The notes: a model not told the origin generated them from the letters alone. Positions 41,028 through 52,501 are shown, counted from the first letter of the stretch. The stretch is 64,000 nucleotides of DNA from an uncultured Verrucomicrobiae bacterium (GCA_963769025.1 CAVYKI010000003.1:1317822-1381821), one strand, 5' to 3'. Program-made: numbers and translations.

Positions 41028-42290
41028 ATGAAATCCGACAACATCGAACAAGAGGGCCACCTCTTCAGGTTCCTGATGGAGAACATCCCGGATCGGATTT
41101 ACTTCAAGGACCGCGAGAGCCGGTACATCTGCGTCAATGCCGCCATGGCGCACCTCTTCCATCTCACGGGGCCGGGCGAGGCGGTGGGGAAAATCGACTA
41201 CGATTTTTTCCCGCACGACGATGCGCAGCGGATGTTCGAGGACGAGCAGCGCGTCGTGAAGACAGGCGAGGCGATTCTCGGGAAGGTGGAGAAAAAGGTC
41301 CTCCCGGACGGGAGCACCGGCTGGACGCTCACGACGAAGCTCCCGTTGCGCAGCGCGGACGGGGAAATCATCGGCACGTGCGGCATGTCGCGGGATATCA
41401 CCGCGCTGATGGCGGCGGAGACCGCGCTCGAGACGGAACGCAACCGCCTCAAGGAGGTGAATTCGGACCTCGCGCGCAGCCAGGCGTTGTTGGAGCGCAA
41501 GCTCGCCGAACTCGAAAAGACGCACGACGAGCTGAAGGCCGCGCAAAAGCGGCTCATCGACGCGGAGAAGGCGCAGTCCATCGCGCGCCTCGCGCTCGGC
41601 GTCGCGCACGAGGTGAAGAACCCGCTCGCGATCCTGAAGATGGGCGTCGATTTTTTCTCCAGCCAGCCCGCCGTGCATGAGAGCGCATCCGTCGTGGCGA
41701 AGGAAATGAGCGATGCGGTGCTGCGCGCGGACAATATCATCAGCGAGATGATGGTGTTTTCGGATTCGGGGGACCTGAAGCTGACGCCCGTGAATGTCGC
41801 CGCGTTGATCGACGTGGCGCTGAAACCTTTCGAGCCCGCGCTTGGCGCGGCAAAAATCCGCGTCGAAAAACGCTACGCGGCTGACATGCCTGCGGCGCGG
41901 ATCGACGAGAATAAGATCAAGCGCGTCTTTTCCTGCCTGATTGAAAACGCGCTTCACGCAATGCCGGATGGAGGAACGCTGACGATCCGCCTGGGCCTCA
42001 CGCACATCGCCCCTCCCGGAGTCCTCCCCGACCAAGGCAACCGCTCGCTGGCGCACTCCGGCGTGCGGCGCATCGGGGTCATCGTGGAATTCGATGACAC
42101 GGGAACGGGGATCCCGGCGGACAAAGTCGCCAACATCTTCGATCCGTTTTTTACGACCAAGCCGACCGGCCAGGGCACAGGGCTCGGCCTTACCGTGAGC
42201 AGGAAGGTGGTCGAATTGCATGGCGGCACGCTCGACATCTCAAACCGCGGCACGGGCGGCGTGTCTGCGAAAGTGCTGTTGAAAGTTTAG
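41028..42290 (+). CDS. PAS-sensor histidine kinase
   Basis: IYFKDRESR PAS; AHEVKNPL, DTGTGI, FDPFFTTK, GTGLGL. Confidence 0.9.
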   Translation: MKSDNIEQEGHLFRFLMENIPDRIYFKDRESRYICVNAAMAHLFHLTGPGEAVGKIDYDFFPHDDAQRMFEDEQRVVKTGEAILGKVEKKVLPDGSTGWTLTTKLPLRSADGEIIGTCGMSRDITALMAAETALETERNRLKEVNSDLARSQALLERKLAELEKTHDELKAAQKRLIDAEKAQSIARLALGVAHEVKNPLAILKMGVDFFSSQPAVHESASVVAKEMSDAVLRADNIISEMMVFSDSGDLKLTPVNVAALIDVALKPFEPALGAAKIRVEKRYAADMPAARIDENKIKRVFSCLIENALHAMPDGGTLTIRLGLTHIAPPGVLPDQGNRSLAHSGVRRIGVIVEFDDTGTGIPADKVANIFDPFFTTKPTGQGTGLGLTVSRKVVELHGGTLDISNRGTGGVSAKVLLKV

Positions 42291-42341
42291 TGCCGTTCAC
42301 CGCGCTTGCGCCCACGGTGGCGGAGGCATAGCAAGAAGGTG

Positions 42342-44525
42342 ATGAAATCTCCATCCAAGGAAGCGATCGATTCCCTCGCACGTGCGGACCACGGCGATCC
42401 ATTTTCCATCCTCGGCATGCACGAGGCTGACGGCGGGCTGGCGGTTCACGCCTTTCGCCCGGATGTGGCGAAGCTGGAGGTCGCCGAGATCGGCGGCAGC
42501 GCGCGGATGTGGCCGGCGGAGCGCGTGACGCAGGACGGCTTTTTCAAGGCGGCGATTTCCGGGGTCACCCGACCCTTCCCCTATGCGCTCCGGTGCACGG
42601 CGCACGATGGGACCGTGTCGGAACAGCGCGATCCGTATTCGTTTGGCATCCTGATGGGCGAACTCGACCTGCACCTTTTTGCGGAAGGTTCGCACTGGGA
42701 GCTGTGGAAGAAACTCGGCGCGCACATCGAGGAGCATGATGGCGTCATCGGGACCGTTTTCCGCGTGTGGGCGCCGAATGCGAGGCGCGTCTCCATCGTT
42801 GGGGATTTCAACCAATGGGATGGCCGCATCCATCCGATGCGGAAGCTGATCCCGAGCGGCGTCTGGGAGCTGTTCCTCCCGGGGATCGGCGAGATGACCC
42901 ACTACAAGTTTGAGGTCTTCGACCTGCACGGCTTCCTGCACGTGAAGACGGACCCGTTCGCATTTTTCGGCCAGCACGGCACGCAGACCGCCGGGCTCGT
43001 GTGGAAGATGGACAAGTATCCGTGGAACGACGCGGTGTGGATGGAGAAGCGCGCACAGCGCGAGTGGAACCGCGAGCCCGTCGCCATCTACGAGGTGCAT
43101 CCCGGCTCGTGGCGCCGCAAGGACGGCAACGCCTTCCTCACATGGCACGAACTCGCCGACCAGCTCGTGGAATACGTCGTGGACATGGGCTACACGCACG
43201 TCGAGCTCATGGGCGTGGCCGAGCATCCGTTCGAGGGTTCGTGGGGCTACCAGATCACGGGCTACTTCGCGCCGACGAGCCGCTACGGAAACCCGGACGA
43301 CTTCCGCTATTTCGTGGATACCTGCCACCAGAATGGCATCGGCGTCATTCTCGACTGGGTGCCCGGCCATTTCCCGAAGGACGCGCACGGGCTCGCGCGA
43401 TTCGACGGCACCGCGCTCTACGAACACTCCGACCCGCGGCAGGGCGAGCATCAGGATTGGGGCACGCTCATCTTCAACTACGGGCGCAACGAGGTGCGGA
43501 ATTTCCTCATCGCAAACGCGCTCTTCTGGTTTGCCGAATATCACGTGGACGGCCTGCGCGTGGATGCCGTGGCGTCCATGATCTACCTCGACTACTCGCG
43601 CGAGCACGGCCAGTGGGTGCCGAACATTTACGGCGGCCGCGAAAACCTCGACGCGCTCCACTTCATCAAGCTCTGCAACGAAGTGTGCTACCAGCGGCAT
43701 CCGGGCATCATGACGATCGCCGAGGAGAGCACGGCGTGGCCCGGCGTCTCGCGGCCGACTTTCCTGGGCGGCCTCGGCTACGGCTTCAAATGGAACATGG
43801 GCTGGATGAACGACACGCTCGCCTACATGGCGCTCGATCCGATCTACCGGCGCTTCCATCACGGGAACGCGACCTTCTCGCTCGTGTACGCGTTCCACGA
43901 GCACTTCATCCTCGTGCTCAGCCACGACGAGGTCGTGCATGGAAAGGGATCAATCGTCAGCAAGATGCCCGGCGACGAATGGCAGCAGTTTGCCAACACG
44001 CGCCTGCTCTACGCGTGGATGTACGCGCATCCGGGCAAGAAGCTCCTCTTCATGGGCGGCGAATTCGGCCAGCGCGGCGAATGGAGCCACGAGCGAAGCC
44101 TCGACTGGTGGGTGCTCGAATTCGGTCACCACAGCGGCCTGCGCGAGCTCGTCCGCCACCTGAATTACCTCTACAAAAATGAGCCGGCGCTCTTCGACAA
44201 CGACGACTCGTGGGACAGCTACGAGTGGGTCGAGCTTCACGACGCCGACAACTGCGTCCTCGCATTCCTCCGCCGCGGGCGCCACGGCGCCGCAGTGGTT
44301 TTCGTCCTGAATGCGACGCCGGTCGTGCGCCACGGCTACCGCATCGGCGTGCCCTCGACCGGCTTCTGGCAGGAAATTCTGAACACCGACAGCGAGGCGT
44401 ACGGCGGCAGCAACGCCGGGAATTTCGGCGGCGTGCATTCCGAGCCGATCTCCTGGGGCGGCCGCGCGCAATCCATCTCGCTTACGCTCCCGCCGCTCGC
44501 AGTCATCGGGCTGAAGGTTTCGTAG
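42342..44525 (+). CDS. glgB: 1,4-alpha-glucan branching enzyme
   Basis: WAPNA, SWGYQ, DWVPGHF, GLRVDAVASM, AEEST, LSHDEVVHGK. Confidence 0.97.
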   Translation: MKSPSKEAIDSLARADHGDPFSILGMHEADGGLAVHAFRPDVAKLEVAEIGGSARMWPAERVTQDGFFKAAISGVTRPFPYALRCTAHDGTVSEQRDPYSFGILMGELDLHLFAEGSHWELWKKLGAHIEEHDGVIGTVFRVWAPNARRVSIVGDFNQWDGRIHPMRKLIPSGVWELFLPGIGEMTHYKFEVFDLHGFLHVKTDPFAFFGQHGTQTAGLVWKMDKYPWNDAVWMEKRAQREWNREPVAIYEVHPGSWRRKDGNAFLTWHELADQLVEYVVDMGYTHVELMGVAEHPFEGSWGYQITGYFAPTSRYGNPDDFRYFVDTCHQNGIGVILDWVPGHFPKDAHGLARFDGTALYEHSDPRQGEHQDWGTLIFNYGRNEVRNFLIANALFWFAEYHVDGLRVDAVASMIYLDYSREHGQWVPNIYGGRENLDALHFIKLCNEVCYQRHPGIMTIAEESTAWPGVSRPTFLGGLGYGFKWNMGWMNDTLAYMALDPIYRRFHHGNATFSLVYAFHEHFILVLSHDEVVHGKGSIVSKMPGDEWQQFANTRLLYAWMYAHPGKKLLFMGGEFGQRGEWSHERSLDWWVLEFGHHSGLRELVRHLNYLYKNEPALFDNDDSWDSYEWVELHDADNCVLAFLRRGRHGAAVVFVLNATPVVRHGYRIGVPSTGFWQEILNTDSEAYGGSNAGNFGGVHSEPISWGGRAQSISLTLPPLAVIGLKVS

Positions 44526-44658
44526 CCGCCGGCAAACGATAACGGAGCGGATTCCGGATCGGAAATGCAGGCGGAGCTGCGCGCCAGCCGACAACGGTAG
44601 CCGCCGACGGCAGGAGGCGGGCACGCTTCTCCGCGGGGCAGCCTTTCGCGAGCGCGCG

Positions 44659-46096
44659 TTACTTGCGCGGCTTCCGCTTCGTCTCGCTCCCTGCCTTCAG
44701 TGGCGCCACCGCACCCACGATCGAGATCACCTTCCCGTCGCGCACCCGCGTCTCCAATTCATCGCCGGCGGCGACATCGCCGGTCGAGCGGACGAACCTG
44801 CCGGCCGAGGTCGTCGTGATCGTGTATCCGCGGCCGATCGTGTGCTCCGGCGAGAGCAGCCGCAACATCGCGTCCACCCGTGCGAGCCGATCCTTCTGCC
44901 GGTGCAGGCGCTGCTGAAAGCGCGCGCCCAGCGTGTCCGCAAGACCCGCGAGCCGCTGCCGGTGAAGCGCGAGCACCTGATCGGGCCGCTGATGCCGGAC
45001 GCGCGAACCGAGCGCATCGAGCCGTTGGCGGATCTCCGCGAGCCGCGATTCGACTCCTCGTCGTAACGCCTGATCGGCAATGTCCAGACGCTGCGCGGAC
45101 TGCTCGAGCTTCCTCGCCGGCTCCCGGAAAAGCGCGCTCCGCAGCAAGCCGGCAAGATGCAGCCGGGCCGTTTCGATTCCGGCAGTGGCGCGACGATTCA
45201 GAAACGCGGCGCGCTCCGCGATCATCCGGAGCAATTCGGCGGTGTCCGGCACGATCAGTTCCGCCGCAGCGCTCGGCGTCGGCGCGCGAAGGTCCGCGAC
45301 GAAATCCGCGATCGTAAAATCAATCTCGTGGCCGACCGCCGAGACCACCGGCAGCGCGGATGCGGCGATGGCGCGTGCGAGCCGCTCGTCGTTGAACTCC
45401 CACAGGTCCTCGATGCTCCCGCCGCCGCGCGCGAGCACGATCACATCCACCGGCGCGATGCCGCGTTCGGCGAAGACTGTTCAGGTCGTCCAGCGCCGCA
45501 GCGATCTCCGCCGCCGCGCCTTCGCCCTGTACGCGCGCCGGGCTCACGATCACCCGCAGCCACGGCGCACGACGGGTGAGGACATTCAGCATGTCGCGCA
45601 GCGCAGCGCCCGTCGGCGAAGTCACGATGCCCACCGCTCGCGGGAATTGCGGCAGCTCCCGCTTCCGCTCCGCGTCGAAGAGCCCCTCCGCCGCGAGCTT
45701 CCGCTTCAGCGCCTCAAACTTCGCCTGCAGCAGTCCCGCGCCCGCCGCCTGCACGATGCTCACCGTGAGCTGATACTGCCCGCGCGCTTCGTACACGGTG
45801 AGCCGCCCCTTCGCCTGCACGAGCATCCCGTCCTGGAGCGGCACCGCCTTTCGCCATGCGCCTCCGCGGGCAAAGAGCACGCACGAGAGCTGGCAGGCCG
45901 CGTCCTTCAGCGTGAAATACTGATGACCGCTCGCCTGCTGCCGGAAATTGGATACCTCGCCTTCGATCCAGACCTCGTCGAACGCGCTCTCGATCACCCC
46001 GCGCACCGCCTTCGTGACTTCCGTCACCGAGAAAATGCGCGGCTGTGCGCGCACCGGTTCCGGTGTTCCAAAAAGGTCGGCAGTCTGATCTGGCAT
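44659..46096 (-). CDS. xseA: Exodeoxyribonuclease VII large subunit (frameshift near 45475)
   Basis: [64 protein letters not shown]. Confidence 0.93.
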
Positions 46097-46236
46097 TGCC
46101 GCAAAGCTAACGCCGCGCCGATGAATCGCGAGCAACAAGGTAGGGCGCTTTCGCCGAAAGCGCCCCATCTCCCTTCCTCCGGTCCTCGATTCGGAAGCCG
46201 GCGCGAAAAAGCATGGGCGCGCTCGGCGAGCGGGCC

Positions 46237-47589
46237 CTACCGGTTGCGATACGCCCGCGCGAGCAGCGTGATGGGGTGCACGATCTCAAGGTCGGCACCG
46301 CGGGCCCGCACGCCGGCTTCGAGCTGCACCGAGCAGCCGGGATTCCCGTTCGCGACACACTTCGCGCCGGTCTTTGCGATGTTGGCCATCTTGCGGTCGA
46401 GCAGCTTTGCGGACATCTCCGGCTGCGTGATGTTGTAAACGCCCGCGCTCCCGCAGCACCACGAGGACTCGGGCAACTCGACGAGCTTCAGGCCGGGGAT
46501 CAATTTTAGAAGTTCGCGCGGCTGTCTCGTGATTTTCTGCCCGTGGCAAAGGTGGCAGCTCTCGTGGTAGGTGACGGTTTGCTCCGCGCCTGCGCCGGTT
46601 GGCTTCACCGTGCCGATCGCAGCGAGAAATTCGTGCACATCCTTCACCTTCGCCGCCCACTTCCGCGCGCGCTCCGCGTAAAGCGGGTCGTTGTGCAGCA
46701 GGTGGTCGTAGTGCTTCAGATGCGAGCCGCAACCGCCGGCGTTGGTGATGATGGCGTCGAGATCTCCGAGCGATCCCGCGCTGCGTTCCATGGCATCGAT
46801 GTTGCGCCGCGCCATGTCGCGCGCGGTGTCCACCTCGCCGTTGTGCCCGTGCAGCGAGCCGCAGCAGTGCTGCATGCGCGGCGTGATGACTTCGCAGCCG
46901 TTGGCGAGCAGCACGTCCACCGTGTCGCGGTTTACGCTGGAATACGTGAGGTCCTGCACGCAGCCGGTGAGCATGCCCACGCGCTTCCGGGCGCCGGGCT
47001 CTGGCGTCTCGACCTCGGCGATGAGGGCGTCGGAAAAATCCGCCTCCACGCGAGGTGTGAGCGGCTCCAGTTCGCGGATGTTTTTCGGCAGCAGCCGCAG
47101 CAGCCCGAGCTTGCGCACGAGCTTCTCCAATCCGCTCGCCTGGTAGATCCGCAGCGCCCTGCCGATGGCCCGCAGCAGCCACGGCCGCGTGAAGACTCCG
47201 CGGAGCATGATGCTGCGGATCCAGTTCCGCTTTTCCGTGTTGAGGATGCCCGCGCGCTCGATGTCCGCGCGTGCCTCCTCAAACATGCGCGTGTAATCCA
47301 CGCCCGCGGGGCACGCGGTTTCGCACGCGAGGCAGCCGAGGCAGAAATACATCTCGTCGCCAAACGCCTCGGTGATATCGAGCCGGCCCTCGGCGACATT
47401 CCGCATGAGCTGGATGCGCCCGCGCGGGCTGTTTTTCTCCAGCTTCGTCGCGTCGTAGGTCGGGCAGGTCGGCAGGCACAGCCCGCAATGGATGCATTGC
47501 GAGAGCACCCCGAAATCGAGGTCCTTCAGGTAAACCGGTTTCGCGCCGGGCGAGGGCGGGAGCGGCGTTTCAATGGTCGGCGCGTGCAT
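46237..47589 (-). CDS. glcF: Glycolate oxidase Fe-S subunit
   Basis: CIHCGLCLPTCP, CLGCLACETACP, two CCG motifs. Confidence 0.88.
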   Translation of the reverse strand: MHAPTIETPLPPSPGAKPVYLKDLDFGVLSQCIHCGLCLPTCPTYDATKLEKNSPRGRIQLMRNVAEGRLDITEAFGDEMYFCLGCLACETACPAGVDYTRMFEEARADIERAGILNTEKRNWIRSIMLRGVFTRPWLLRAIGRALRIYQASGLEKLVRKLGLLRLLPKNIRELEPLTPRVEADFSDALIAEVETPEPGARKRVGMLTGCVQDLTYSSVNRDTVDVLLANGCEVITPRMQHCCGSLHGHNGEVDTARDMARRNIDAMERSAGSLGDLDAIITNAGGCGSHLKHYDHLLHNDPLYAERARKWAAKVKDVHEFLAAIGTVKPTGAGAEQTVTYHESCHLCHGQKITRQPRELLKLIPGLKLVELPESSWCCGSAGVYNITQPEMSAKLLDRKMANIAKTGAKCVANGNPGCSVQLEAGVRARGADLEIVHPITLLARAYRNR

Positions 47590-47599
47590 AAGGGGCGAC

Positions 47600-48973
47600 T
47601 CAGTCGAAAATTTTCCCCGGATTCAGGATGCCGAGCGGGTCGAGCGTGTGCTTGAGTTGCTTCATCAGGTTGAGGCTGGCGTTCCCGATGGCTCGCGGGA
47701 GAAACGGCTTCTTCGCGAGGCCGACGCCGTGTTCGCCGGTGATGGTGCCGCCGAGGCTCACGGCGTAGTCGAAGATTTCCTGCATCGCGAGTTCGACGCG
47801 CGTCATCTCGGCCGTGTTCTTTTCGTCGGTGAGGAAGGTGGGGTGGAGGTTGCCGTCGCCCATGTGACCGAACGTGCCGATCTTCAGGTTGTGCCGCGCG
47901 CCGACCTCCTGGATGAAGCGGATCATCTTCGACAGTTCGCTGCGCGGGACGGTGGCGTCTTCGAGAATCGTCGTCGGCGACATGCGCGCGAGCGCGCTGA
48001 ATGCCGAGCGGCGCGCGCTGGCGAGGCGGATGGATTCCTCGGGCGTCTGCGCGATCTGCACGTCGGTGGCGCCGCACTTTCTCGCGATTTCGACCATCTG
48101 CGCCGCCTGATCCTCGACGGCGGCGGCGTGGCCGTCGGTCTCCATGAGCAGGATCGCCTCGGCATCGAGCGGGAGGCCGATTTTTGCGAAGTCCTCGACG
48201 CACTTGATCGTGATCTTGTCGAGGAACTCCAGCGTGCAGGGGATGATCTTCGCCGCGATGATCGCCGAGACAGTGTCGCTCGCGCTGTCCATGCGGGCAA
48301 AGGTCGCGAGCATCGTCTTTTTCGCTGCGGGCTTCGGCACGAGTTTGAGGAGGACCTTCGTGATGAGCCCGAGCGTGCCTTCGCTGCCGACGAAGATGTC
48401 CTTCATCGAATACCCGGCGACGTCCTTCACGCATTTGTTGCCGAGCCAGACGACGGTGCCGTCGGCGAGCACGACTTCCATGCCCATCACGTAGTCGCGA
48501 GTGATGCCGTACTTCAGCCCGCGCAGGCCGCCGCTGTTTTCGGCGACGTTGCCGCCGATGGTCGAGATTTTCATCGAGCCCGGATCGGGCGGGTAGAGCA
48601 GGCCCACGCTGTCGGCGAGGTCGGTGACCTTCTGCGTGATGACGCCGGCCTCGACGAGGATCGTGAGATTTTTTTCGTCGAGTTCGATCACCTTGTCCAT
48701 CTGCGCCGTGCAAAGGACGATGCACCCGGCGGACGGCACGCTGCCGCCGGAGAGCCCGGTACCGCTGCCGCGCCCGACGATGGCGATGCGGTTCGCCGCC
48801 GCGTACTTCACGATGGCGACGATTTCCTCGGTGGTCCTCACCATCACCACGACCGCCGGCACGCCGCTGATCGCCGCGGTGCCGTCGTAGCCGTAGGAAA
48901 GCAGGTGCTCGCGGGAATGGAGGACGCGCGCGGGTTCGAGAAGGGGAGTCAGGTCGGCGACGAGATTCGGCAT
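47600..48973 (-). CDS. glcD: FAD-linked glycolate/D-lactate oxidase subunit
   Basis: GSGTGLSGG, PPDPGS, GSEGTLG, GHMGDGNLH, GEHGVG, LNPGKI. Confidence 0.9.
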   Translation of the reverse strand: MPNLVADLTPLLEPARVLHSREHLLSYGYDGTAAISGVPAVVVMVRTTEEIVAIVKYAAANRIAIVGRGSGTGLSGGSVPSAGCIVLCTAQMDKVIELDEKNLTILVEAGVITQKVTDLADSVGLLYPPDPGSMKISTIGGNVAENSGGLRGLKYGITRDYVMGMEVVLADGTVVWLGNKCVKDVAGYSMKDIFVGSEGTLGLITKVLLKLVPKPAAKKTMLATFARMDSASDTVSAIIAAKIIPCTLEFLDKITIKCVEDFAKIGLPLDAEAILLMETDGHAAAVEDQAAQMVEIARKCGATDVQIAQTPEESIRLASARRSAFSALARMSPTTILEDATVPRSELSKMIRFIQEVGARHNLKIGTFGHMGDGNLHPTFLTDEKNTAEMTRVELAMQEIFDYAVSLGGTITGEHGVGLAKKPFLPRAIGNASLNLMKQLKHTLDPLGILNPGKIFD

Positions 48974-49169
48974 GGCGTGAGCCTTGTTAAGTGGCATCCG
49001 TGGGGCAGGGCAAACCGTATCCTTTCACGTTTCGCCGTGGAAATGAAGGTCTTCCTCTCTTGCGCCCCCGCGTCATGGCGGCCTCTGTCCGTTCGCGCGC
49101 GTGCGTCGCCCATTTTGGCGTCGATCACGGTGCGAAATTCGGCACGCATGGTGCTGATGTGTTAACCGT

Positions 49170-49658
49170 ATGTCTGTCCGACCGATTCATGCCGTCGTGC
49201 CTTCCGAGGCGACGGGGGTTCCGGCCTTTGCCCGGAAAATGTCTGCCTTGCGCAGGCGGAAGGGATTGATCGGCCTTGCGCTGACGGAGGTGCTCGTGGG
49301 CATCGGCATCATCACGCTCACCTCGGCGACGGCGCTCTGGGCGCTCGGTGCTGCGAACCGGCTGGCGACCGTGAATCGGAATTTCACCGGCGCAAAAACG
49401 CTGATCCAAAACAAAATCGATGAAGTGCTGTCCATCCCGTATCCGTCGAGCACGGTGCCGCCGGTGCTCAACGCGGGATCCGTAAACGAACTCGTGACCG
49501 TCAATCCCGGCCCTCCGGCCATCACGGGAACGATGACAACGAACGTCCAGTTGACCGATCCCGCGCTCAACCTCCGGGAGGTCAAAATCACCGTGGCCTA
49601 CCCGTACAACGGCACGGTCTATTCGCTGTCGATGGCGACGGTGCGCTCACCCGACTAG
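49170..49658 (+). CDS. Minor pilin/pseudopilin (PilV-like)
   Basis: Class III signal G|LALTEVLV then hydrophobic helix; start may be 49239. Confidence 0.7.
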   Translation: MSVRPIHAVVPSEATGVPAFARKMSALRRRKGLIGLALTEVLVGIGIITLTSATALWALGAANRLATVNRNFTGAKTLIQNKIDEVLSIPYPSSTVPPVLNAGSVNELVTVNPGPPAITGTMTTNVQLTDPALNLREVKITVAYPYNGTVYSLSMATVRSPD

Positions 49659-49661
49659 CCC

Positions 49662-50564
49662 ATGCTCCGCAGTCTTTCCCGATTCCGCCGCGGCTTTACG
49701 ATCGTCGAAATGGCGATCGCCGCCGCATGTGTCGTCATCGCGGGCGGCACCGCCTTTGTGTTCCTCCAGTCGGCCACGACGCTTTTCCTGAGCGGCCACG
49801 CGGCCAACCGCTCGAACCAGCTCGCGTACCTGACGATGGACCGCCTGGCGCGCGACGTGCATTCGTCCATCGAGACCCCGGCGCTGGTGGATGCGGATGG
49901 CGCGACGATCACGCTGACGGGCTCCGCGCCGGTGAGCGCGGCGGGCATCCGGTTCCGGATCTATGCGGGCGGACCTTTCCAGATTCCGGCCGCGACGGCG
50001 GCCGAAGCGACGATCGTCGTCGCCAACACCCTGGCAAGTCCGCAGATGCCGAGGGCGGGGCAGCTCCTCGCGATTCCCTCGGTGCCGGTGAATGGCATTC
50101 CGCAGGACCTGTTCGCGAGAGTGGCCACGGTCGGTGCGCCGGGAGCGGCGACCACCGTCACGCTCACCGGGACGCTCGGCAGCTTTGCAAATCCGACGGT
50201 GACCTCCGGTCCGTTCGTTGCGGCAAATACGCTGGCGCACGTGGTGAATGACGTCGCCTACATCGTCGCGCCATCCGCGTCGTCGGGGATTCCCGAGCTG
50301 CGCTTTTACCCGCGCGCGATGAGCGTGGCTGCGAACGGCGGCGCGGCCTTCAATGATCCCGCCAACTTCGCCGTCGTGACCGTGAACATGGCGGCTTCCC
50401 CGCAGCCATTTTCGATGGCGCTCGGGGACAAAGGCGTGGGGATGAATCTCACCGTGCAGGACACCGAGCACTCGAACCGGGTCCAGAGCGGCTTCATGAA
50501 GAACTTCAGCATCGGAACCCCCGGAACCCCGGTGCGGATTTTCCCGCGGTCCATCGGCCTATGA
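49662..50564 (+). CDS. Minor pilin/pseudopilin (PilW-like)
   Basis: RRG|FTIVEMAI N-methylation motif. Confidence 0.8.
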   Translation: MLRSLSRFRRGFTIVEMAIAAACVVIAGGTAFVFLQSATTLFLSGHAANRSNQLAYLTMDRLARDVHSSIETPALVDADGATITLTGSAPVSAAGIRFRIYAGGPFQIPAATAAEATIVVANTLASPQMPRAGQLLAIPSVPVNGIPQDLFARVATVGAPGAATTVTLTGTLGSFANPTVTSGPFVAANTLAHVVNDVAYIVAPSASSGIPELRFYPRAMSVAANGGAAFNDPANFAVVTVNMAASPQPFSMALGDKGVGMNLTVQDTEHSNRVQSGFMKNFSIGTPGTPVRIFPRSIGL

Positions 50565-52486
50565 AATCCCACCGTCCCGGCATTCACCGTTCGCAGCGGG
50601 GCAGTGTGCTCATCACCGCCATGGCGGTCGTCATTGTCGTCGGCGTCGCGGTGGGCGCGGCGCTTTCGCTCTCCTCGAATGTGGCGCGCAACTCCTACCG
50701 CTCGCGTCAGCGTGCGGCGGCGGAAAGCGTGGCCGATGGTTCGCTGGAGGTGATGTATGGGAAATGGTGCGCCGCGGGACGGGCTGCGATTCAGGGCAAC
50801 CAGGGGCTGCCGACGACGGCGGACCTCGCCGCGATCTCCGGCACCGCCAACGCGCCCGGGCCCGGGAGCAGTCCGCCGTACGCGGATTTTGCGGGCTACA
50901 CCTTCACGTCGTACACCCTCGAGGCGCTCGATGCGGCGGGCGTCCCGGTGGGCACCGGCGTGCCGGCCAGCACGTTGATCCCGGTGGCCGGGCGGCCCGG
51001 TTGGATGTCGCGCGCGTACAACTATCTCGCGCGGGCGACGGTGAATGTGCCGGTCGTCGGCGGGACCGAGAACGTCGCCGTGGGGCGCCGTTTTCAAAAG
51101 GCGGATGCGCCGATTTTCCAGTCGGCGATCTTCTTCGAGGGGGCGCTGGAGATTCACCCCGGGCCGGACATGAACATCACCGGCCTCGTGCATACCAATA
51201 CCGACCTGTACGCGAGCACAAGCGGCTCGAACCTCACTTTCAGCCGCAACGTTTCGTTCGGCTCCTCCTACAGCGAGGGCGTGGCGCCCGGGGACTCGCG
51301 GACGACGCTCACGGTCGCGCCAAACTACCCCGGCGGGAAAAGCTCGCAGCTCAACAAAGTGGATCGCATGGAGCCGCTGGGGATCGATCCGGCGACGGCC
51401 TTCAACACGACGGACGCGAACCCGAACAACGACAACTTCCGCGAACTGATCGAGCGTCCGGGCGCCGGATTCACCGACCCGCCGGAGATCGCGAACCTTC
51501 GCTTTTACAACCAGGCGGGGCTGAAAGTCCTCCTCGATACGAGCCGGGCCGCGGCCGATCCGCTGCGCGTGCGGGTTTACAATGGCCGGGGCGTCGAACT
51601 CACGCCGGCGGGCGGCGCGTCCGTGGTGAACGTGCTCAACGCGGTGAAGGCCGCCGTGAGCGCGGGCGAAGTCATCCGCGACAACCGCGAGACGAACAAC
51701 GTGCTCCTCACGAGCTTCGACATGTCGCAGCTCTCCAACATCATCACGCAATTCGCCACGCTCTCGCCTCCTTCCAGCGGGAACCTCACCAGCCAGGCCG
51801 TCAACACGTACAACAAGGTCATCTACATCGCCGACGTGAGCGCCGACCCGAATGGCGGCACTTCCGCCGTGGACGCCACGGCCGCGCAGGCGGAAAAGGC
51901 CGTGCGTCTCCGCAACGGCGCGATCCTTCCCGACGACGTGACGGTGGCTTCGGAAAATCCCGTTTACATCCAGGGCGATTACAACAGCGGCGGGCCGACG
52001 GCCTCGGTCGTTTCCAATGCCGCCAACTCCACCAGCCCGCTCTCCGCCTTTGAAGATCCCACCGCGCCCGGCTACACGCGGAAGGCGTGCGCGGTGCTCG
52101 GCGACGCGGTGAACATCCTCTCGAACAACTGGAATGACGGGAACTCGACGGCCAGCGTCGCCTCCCGCGTCGCGACGAACACGACGGTCAACGCGGGCAT
52201 CCTCTCCGGAAACGTCCCGACGAACCACTACGGCGACGGCGCATACAGCGGCGGCGCCGAGAACTTCCCCCGCTTCCTGGAGACTTGGAGCGCGCAGTGC
52301 CTCACCTATTACGGCTCGATGGTCTGCCTCTTCGACAGCAAGCAGGCCAACGGCGCGTGGGGGGCGAGCAACGTGTACAGCCCGCCGACCCGCCGGTGGT
52401 ACTTCGACCAGAATTTCCTCCTGAATCCGCCGCCCGGCACCTTGCAATCCACGACCTATTCACGCGGGCGCTGGGTGCGTTACTGA
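50561..52486 (+). CDS. Large PilX/GspK-like pilin with extended C-terminal domain
   Basis: QRG|SVLIT without Glu5; C-terminal GGAENFPRFLETW, YSPPTRRWYFD. Confidence 0.75.
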   Translation: MKSHRPGIHRSQRGSVLITAMAVVIVVGVAVGAALSLSSNVARNSYRSRQRAAAESVADGSLEVMYGKWCAAGRAAIQGNQGLPTTADLAAISGTANAPGPGSSPPYADFAGYTFTSYTLEALDAAGVPVGTGVPASTLIPVAGRPGWMSRAYNYLARATVNVPVVGGTENVAVGRRFQKADAPIFQSAIFFEGALEIHPGPDMNITGLVHTNTDLYASTSGSNLTFSRNVSFGSSYSEGVAPGDSRTTLTVAPNYPGGKSSQLNKVDRMEPLGIDPATAFNTTDANPNNDNFRELIERPGAGFTDPPEIANLRFYNQAGLKVLLDTSRAAADPLRVRVYNGRGVELTPAGGASVVNVLNAVKAAVSAGEVIRDNRETNNVLLTSFDMSQLSNIITQFATLSPPSSGNLTSQAVNTYNKVIYIADVSADPNGGTSAVDATAAQAEKAVRLRNGAILPDDVTVASENPVYIQGDYNSGGPTASVVSNAANSTSPLSAFEDPTAPGYTRKACAVLGDAVNILSNNWNDGNSTASVASRVATNTTVNAGILSGNVPTNHYGDGAYSGGAENFPRFLETWSAQCLTYYGSMVCLFDSKQANGAWGASNVYSPPTRRWYFDQNFLLNPPPGTLQSTTYSRGRWVRY

Positions 52487-52501
52487 GTCGCCGCCATCCG
52501 G

